Below are positions 58,461 through 64,000 of a stretch of DNA of 64,000 nucleotides, one piece after another. The notes beneath the pieces are model-generated. The model searched no databases. It was not told the origin of the DNA and worked only from the letters and a program-made list of their open reading frames with translations. A program made the position numbers and the translations under genes. Source of the stretch: a virus (Duplodnaviria > Caudoviricetes); IMG/VR virus record IMGVR_UViG_3300031813_000003, positions 151,975 to 215,974 of that record; one strand, 5' to 3'. The first letter of the stretch is position 1. Every line of letters begins with the position of its first letter.

Positions 58461-59572
58461 TAGGATAATTTTATGAGTAATATAGTAAAAACTTTAAATA
58501 TGATTTCTGAAACTAGTATCAAAGACCTTCTTAATAAAATTGAAGATGGTTTTGATCTAACTAAAGATGAACTTAAAAAGCTAATCGATAGAGGGTTAGC
58601 TACAGCAAATGGAACCCCTACTGAAAAAGCTAGGGGAATGTATTCTTCTTTATATGACTAATATGTTATTACTAGAAATTATTAGAAAAGAATCTGACGG
58701 TTATCACATCTATTCTCATGATGGAAGTAAACATTTAGGTGGACCTTACTCAAAAGAAAAAGCAAAAGAAAGATTAAAACAGATAGAATATTTCAAACAT
58801 ATAAAGGAAAATAAAATGGAATCTAATGTAATGAGAATGCTTACCCTTCTTGAGGGCGCAGGAAACACAATCACAATCGAAAAATCTCAAGGAGAGTTTA
58901 GAGTTCCTTCTGATGATGGGTATGAGGATGGTGCTTACTATACTGATTCAAAAGAGGATGCAGTTGCCACCGCACAAAAAGTATTTGGTCCTGACATTAT
59001 TATCAAGTATAAATCAGTCCCTGAGTTTGTTGGTGGAAAGTATGAAAAATATCGCCCTAAAATGTAAAAGAATCTGAAGATGGTAAATACGTCCAATATA
59101 AATGTGCTTGTGGGGCAACTAAAGCTGAAGATAAAAAGCTTAAAGAAAATTTAAAGAAGTATAAAGATCATTGGAGTGTTCGTTGTGAATCATGCGGGCA
59201 TCCACTAAATGGTAAACCAAAAGATAATGGAGATAGTTATACACAAAAATGTAATGCTTGTGGTAAAACTACTTCTTATGATTTGAAAGAATCTTTAGAT
59301 GAAGGATATCACGATGAGAAACGGATTAAAGATATCCTAAAAGCACAGAAAGCTCTTGATGATGAAAAGTATGGCATCAGAGAACTTGGAATGATGAGTG
59401 TGGATGAACAAAAAAATCTTCTAGGTAGATTAGAAACAAAGATTGAAAAAGCGGGTATTAAAGGTTATACACCTTCTCACTTGTCTTAAATAGTTAAAAT
59501 AACACAACACAGAAGACTCTATAGCTAAATAGTTATAGAGTCTTTTAATTTATAACACAAAAGGATTAACAA

Positions 59573-61219
59573 ATGGTAGCAGATTTTACACATGATTCCC
59601 TAGGTAATGAAATACATTTCGAAGGTAACCCAAATCTTAAAAAACCTAAAACACCTCTTAATTTTACTAAAGAGCATATTATAGAATATCAAAAATGTGC
59701 TAATGATCTTTTTTACTTTGCAGAGAACTACTACAAAATACTTTCATTGAAAGAAGGTATGATCACACCCAAATTAAGAGATTATCAAATTGATATGTTA
59801 AACTCTTATATAGAAAACAGATTTACCATTGTCTTAGCAACTCGTCAGGCAGGTAAATCTACATCATTCGAAATTTATCTTTGTTGGGTAATATTGTTTC
59901 AAAAAGATCAGCGTGTGGGTATCCTAGCGAATAAAGCAGAACAATCTAGAGATATTCTAAGGAAGGTTAAGGAAGCATACGAATTACTTCCAAAATGGCT
60001 TCAGCAAGGCATTAAAACTTGGAATGCAGGGTCTATCAAGCTTGAGAATGGTTCGATGATTGTAGCCTCATCTACAAGCTCTACAGCTATACGTGGTAAG
60101 TCTATAGGTCTTCTTGTTGTTGACGAAAGAGCATTCATTGCAAATAATAATTGGGATGCATTCATCTCATCAGTTTATCCTACAATTTCATCTTCTGATG
60201 AATCTAAAGTAATATACGTTTCAACATTTAATGGGTTAAATCATTTCTATCAAGATTGGATGAAAGCTAAAAAAGGTGAAAGTGAATTTCATCCTATCAG
60301 AGTAGATTGGTGGCAAGTCCCAGGAAGAGATGAAGAATGGAAAGAAGAAACAATAAACAACATTGGTATTCAAAGATTCAGACAGGAATATGGCAATGAA
60401 GCACTTGGGTCTATTACTACTTTAATAGAACCTGAAATAATAACTGGATTAGTATCAGAAGAAATTCCTGCATTAAGTAATCCTATAATATTTTCTAAAA
60501 TTGCATCTAGACTTCAGAAGTATGTCAACATTTATGAAGAACCAAAAAAAAGCAACCATTATATTGCAGGAGTTGACTCTGCCAAGATGACTGCTGAAAA
60601 TGCAGGAGATGCCCTAGGTATTCAGATTCTGGATATTACAGTATTTCCTATCAAACAAGTAGCTACCATATTTATTAAAGAGGGGATATCCTATTTGGAA
60701 GCTCCTGATCTAATACAAAAAGTTGGAAATTATTACAATCAAGCTATGTTATTCATAGAGAATAATGAAATAGGACAAGAAGTTGCTAATATGCTTCATT
60801 TTGATTATGAATATGAGAATGTTTACTTTGAAAAGGGATCATTACCAGGATTCAGAACTACTAAGAAAACAAAAAGACTTGGATGTACCAATCTAAAACT
60901 TCTAGTTGAAAATGGTAAGTTAAAATTAAATGACTTTGATACTGTAGGCCAACTTTCAACATTTATAAAGAAAAAAGATTCATACTGTGCAGAGAGTGGA
61001 TATCAAGATGACCTAGTAATGGCATTGGTTGCTGCTTTATTTTTTCTATTAGCACAAGGACTTGATCTTGATCTAATTGAAAATACTTCTGACCTAGGAA
61101 AGAAAATAATCAATAATCTAGACGAACAAAGAAAAGCTGAGGAAGATGAACCAGTTGGCTTTGCTTTATCTGATGATTATGAAGATAAAACTCCAGATGA
61201 ATTTAGTTGGTTAAATTAA
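59573..61219 (+). CDS. gp17: terminase large subunit (T4 gp17-like)
   Basis: GNPNLK; RQAGKS; VDE.AF; QEY; DDLVMAL. Confidence 0.95.
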   Translation: MVADFTHDSLGNEIHFEGNPNLKKPKTPLNFTKEHIIEYQKCANDLFYFAENYYKILSLKEGMITPKLRDYQIDMLNSYIENRFTIVLATRQAGKSTSFEIYLCWVILFQKDQRVGILANKAEQSRDILRKVKEAYELLPKWLQQGIKTWNAGSIKLENGSMIVASSTSSTAIRGKSIGLLVVDERAFIANNNWDAFISSVYPTISSSDESKVIYVSTFNGLNHFYQDWMKAKKGESEFHPIRVDWWQVPGRDEEWKEETINNIGIQRFRQEYGNEALGSITTLIEPEIITGLVSEEIPALSNPIIFSKIASRLQKYVNIYEEPKKSNHYIAGVDSAKMTAENAGDALGIQILDITVFPIKQVATIFIKEGISYLEAPDLIQKVGNYYNQAMLFIENNEIGQEVANMLHFDYEYENVYFEKGSLPGFRTTKKTKRLGCTNLKLLVENGKLKLNDFDTVGQLSTFIKKKDSYCAESGYQDDLVMALVAALFFLLAQGLDLDLIENTSDLGKKIINNLDEQRKAEEDEPVGFALSDDYEDKTPDEFSWLN

Positions 61220-61314
61220 AATATACTATTTATGTTAAATTAATTCCAGCTAAATAATAGAAAATAAATGTCTAATAATATTAGACAATCTTAAAAGGGA
61301 AAGGTAAACAAAAT

Positions 61315-63867
61315 ATGTCATCATTTTCACTCTCTCCTGGGGTATCTGTAAGAGAGGTCAATTTAACTGGTTATGTACCTAATATCGCATCAGCTAAAAC
61401 TGGTATGGTTCTACGTGCTGATCAGGGACCTTGTATGGAGGCAGTCAATATTACCAATGAAACTGATCTAGTAACAGTTTTCGGTAAACCAACTGCGTAT
61501 AATTTTCAAGATTGGTTTAAAGCGTGGAACTTCGTTCAGTATGCATCATCACTTTATGTTGTTCGTCCAATGGATGCAAATCTTCAAACACAAAATGCAG
61601 GTATTGGTATTTCAAATACTGGTAACTTTGCAATGTCTGCTCCTAACTTCTACAATGATGTAGTAGCTCAAAACTCACTAAGAACTTTTAATAGTGTTGG
61701 CGCACCACTTTACTTCATTAATAAGAGTATTACATCCACACAGAAATTTGCGGTATGTATTTCTTCTTCCCCTACTACTTTCAAGAAGCAACTTGCTCTT
61801 GAATACTACGCAATTGCAAACACTGTAAACGGTACTAACACTGTTGGTATGAATGGAGTTGCGACACTAGTAAACGGATCACAAGTTATTCTTAACGGAA
61901 ATAAACTTGCCAACGTTCAAACAGTTACTCAGTCAAGTCCTACTTCAGGAACTATTGTTTTTGACCGTCCTGTATCTGCAATTGACGTTGACGCTTTCTA
62001 TGGCACTCCATCTACTTCAGCTGTCATCACTACTAACAGTACTAACTTCACTACTTCTTTTACTAAAGCTGGGTTTACTTTCAAAGTTGGTACTGTTGTT
62101 CTTTCAAACTTTGTAGTAACTACAATTGCAAATAACGCAACTGATAGTACTCTTTATGATGTTACTTTCATCAATAACTCAGGGTCTGCTACTGTTGCTC
62201 CTGTGTTTACTGCTGGTACACCTATTTCTTCATCAACTGTTTACTATAGAGCTACTACTTCTTATAATCCTGCTCTTGGCAACTTCGGACTAAATGCTGG
62301 TGATACAATGATCTCAGTTCAGCCTGGGTTCATCCTTGAAGCTGGAGTTCAGTTTACTATTCCAGGGATTGCAAATACATACACTGTAGCATCCGTTGAT
62401 AACGTTCTAAACAATGTATATCTAGTAAGCCCAAGCCCATCTGGTCTAACTTCTGCTACTGTATCTGCTGGATTAACTTTCAGTATTACTTCACCAACTG
62501 CTGTTGATAAAGTTATGATTGGTGTTAACTTGTTTGATAAAGTTTATGATTCTGGAATTATCAAACAAACTCGCACATTACTAACAGACAAAAATGGTCT
62601 TGCTGTAACTATTGTAGCTCAATCCTTAGTTCCTTTTAGTTCACTATTTAACTATCCTCCTAACTGGACTAACGGTGAATTTGCAGTTGTCGTTCTTCGT
62701 ATCAATGATGCAGGATACTATGAAAACTTTGAAACATTTAAAGTTTCATACAATCCAACTGCACTAAATTCAAATGGAACAAATATCTTCGTTGAAAATG
62801 TTTTCAACAATAGTTCAAAAGCTCTATATGCAAAGATTGGTGATCCTACTGCTATCCATCCAAATACCTTCAATCTTCCATTAGCTGCAATTACTGGTGG
62901 AGTAAATACTATTTACCCTACTACTATTAAGTACGGTAACACTGTATATAATGCTGCTGGATATACCCAAGGGGATATCATGGAAGCATATACCATGTTC
63001 GCTGACCCTGAACAAATTGATATCAATATTCTCACAGCACACGAACTAGACCTTAATACTGCGTCTACAATTGCTGAAAGCAGAAAAGACTGTATAGCAG
63101 TTGTTGGGCCATATAATTATTCATATCTTTCTGTAAATACATCTAACAACTGTACTCAATCTCTTCTTGATGGTTATGGAACTCAAACTTCTTCCATCAA
63201 TAAAGTATTTACTACTTTTGGTACTTACTCTGCTTTCTATGGAAATATGAAATATCAATATGACAAATTCAACAATGTAAATCGTTGGATTAATGTCGAA
63301 GGTGATATTGCTGGTCTTTATGCTCAGACTGATAATACTAATGATCCTTGGTGGGCACCTGCTGGAACTTCTAGAGGTATTATTAAGAATGCTATCAAAC
63401 TTGCATTCAATCCAACTAAACAAAATAGAGATGATCTATATGTAAACGGGATCAATCCTATTATGTCAATCCCAGGAGAAGGTTCTGCTGTTGTTTGGGG
63501 TCAGAAGACTGCTACTGCTATGCCATCTGCAATGGATCGTGTAAATGTTCGTAGACTTCTTATCTTCCTTGAAAAGTCAATCGCAATTGCTTCTAATATT
63601 GGACTTTTCGAATTCAATGATGTGTTCACTAGAACCCGTTTGTTCAACATCATTGATCCATTCTTACGTTCTGTAAAAGCACGTAGAGGTCTTTATAACT
63701 ATAAAATTGTTTGTGATGATACAAATAATACTCCTAGTGTAATTGATCAGAATGGTTTAGTAATTGATATCTACCTTCAACCTGAGAAAGTTGCAGAATT
63801 TATTAAGGTTACTGCAGCAGTTGTTCCCACAGGTGCAACTTTTAGTGAGTATGTCGGAACATTTTAA
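61315..63867 (+). CDS. gp18: tail sheath protein (T4 gp18-like)
   Basis: SPGVSVRE; PWWAPAG..RG; INPI; WGQKT; DRVNVRRL; FEFND. Confidence 0.95.
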   Translation: MSSFSLSPGVSVREVNLTGYVPNIASAKTGMVLRADQGPCMEAVNITNETDLVTVFGKPTAYNFQDWFKAWNFVQYASSLYVVRPMDANLQTQNAGIGISNTGNFAMSAPNFYNDVVAQNSLRTFNSVGAPLYFINKSITSTQKFAVCISSSPTTFKKQLALEYYAIANTVNGTNTVGMNGVATLVNGSQVILNGNKLANVQTVTQSSPTSGTIVFDRPVSAIDVDAFYGTPSTSAVITTNSTNFTTSFTKAGFTFKVGTVVLSNFVVTTIANNATDSTLYDVTFINNSGSATVAPVFTAGTPISSSTVYYRATTSYNPALGNFGLNAGDTMISVQPGFILEAGVQFTIPGIANTYTVASVDNVLNNVYLVSPSPSGLTSATVSAGLTFSITSPTAVDKVMIGVNLFDKVYDSGIIKQTRTLLTDKNGLAVTIVAQSLVPFSSLFNYPPNWTNGEFAVVVLRINDAGYYENFETFKVSYNPTALNSNGTNIFVENVFNNSSKALYAKIGDPTAIHPNTFNLPLAAITGGVNTIYPTTIKYGNTVYNAAGYTQGDIMEAYTMFADPEQIDINILTAHELDLNTASTIAESRKDCIAVVGPYNYSYLSVNTSNNCTQSLLDGYGTQTSSINKVFTTFGTYSAFYGNMKYQYDKFNNVNRWINVEGDIAGLYAQTDNTNDPWWAPAGTSRGIIKNAIKLAFNPTKQNRDDLYVNGINPIMSIPGEGSAVVWGQKTATAMPSAMDRVNVRRLLIFLEKSIAIASNIGLFEFNDVFTRTRLFNIIDPFLRSVKARRGLYNYKIVCDDTNNTPSVIDQNGLVIDIYLQPEKVAEFIKVTAAVVPTGATFSEYVGTF

Positions 63868-63873
63868 TATAAC

Positions 63874-63917
63874 TTGATAAAGTATATAATTTGATAAAGT
63901 ATATAATTTGATAAAGT
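63874..63917. repeat. 17-bp tandem direct repeat, 2.6 copies
   Basis: TTGATAAAGTATATAAT unit. Confidence 0.85.
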
Positions 63918-63948
63918 GGGCTAGAAATATCTAGCCCACTTTTATTTT
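63913..63948 (+). terminator. intrinsic terminator after the sheath gene
   Basis: AAAGTGGGCTAGA/TCTAGCCCACTTT plus T-tract. Confidence 0.8.
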
Positions 63949-64000
63949 ATATAAAGTATAACTGCAGTAATAAAACTTATATAAAGGAAATTATAATGAC

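Noticed and set aside
1-64000. Genome-wide TAG reassignment (code 15/16)
   Set aside because: All long core and late genes are open in code 11, and some TAGs abut the next start; only a few in-frame ambers are seen.

Overview
64 kb of a large, AT-rich, T4-like myovirus genome, almost entirely + strand. Left part (1-15 kb): early/accessory genes behind sigma70-type promoters, including NAMPT, RNA ligase, two short type IV pilin mimics, PIN-PhoH, a deoxyribonucleotidase, dNMP kinase, SprT and GIY-YIG homing endonucleases. Middle (15-30.6 kb): an RNA/translation island with about 40 tRNA and tRNA-like genes (many structurally aberrant), several structured non-tRNA RNAs, and YqeY, ATP-grasp, HNH and L7/L12-like genes. 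Right part: gp45/gp44/gp62 clamp module, then late genes gp13, fibre-like inserts, gp14, gp15, gp16, a capsid-fold paralog, gp17 and gp18. Two candidate new systems stand out. (1) An amber-suppressor tRNA(CUA) sits directly upstream of an amber-containing minigene ending Pro-Pro-stop and a PTH2-like peptidyl-tRNA hydrolase gene with TAG at codon 3; a Lar-like gene elsewhere also carries an in-frame TAG. (2) Six copies of a structured ncRNA (core ATACTTCT...AATTGAC, covarying closing stems) lie next to a large Ro/TROVE-like-TerD protein gene, resembling a multi-Y-RNA RNP. Also notable are two D-armless pseudoknotted tRNA-Arg genes and a 224-nt tRNA-ended RNA with three CAU-loop hairpins. All product calls come from motif recognition by eye; no searches were run.
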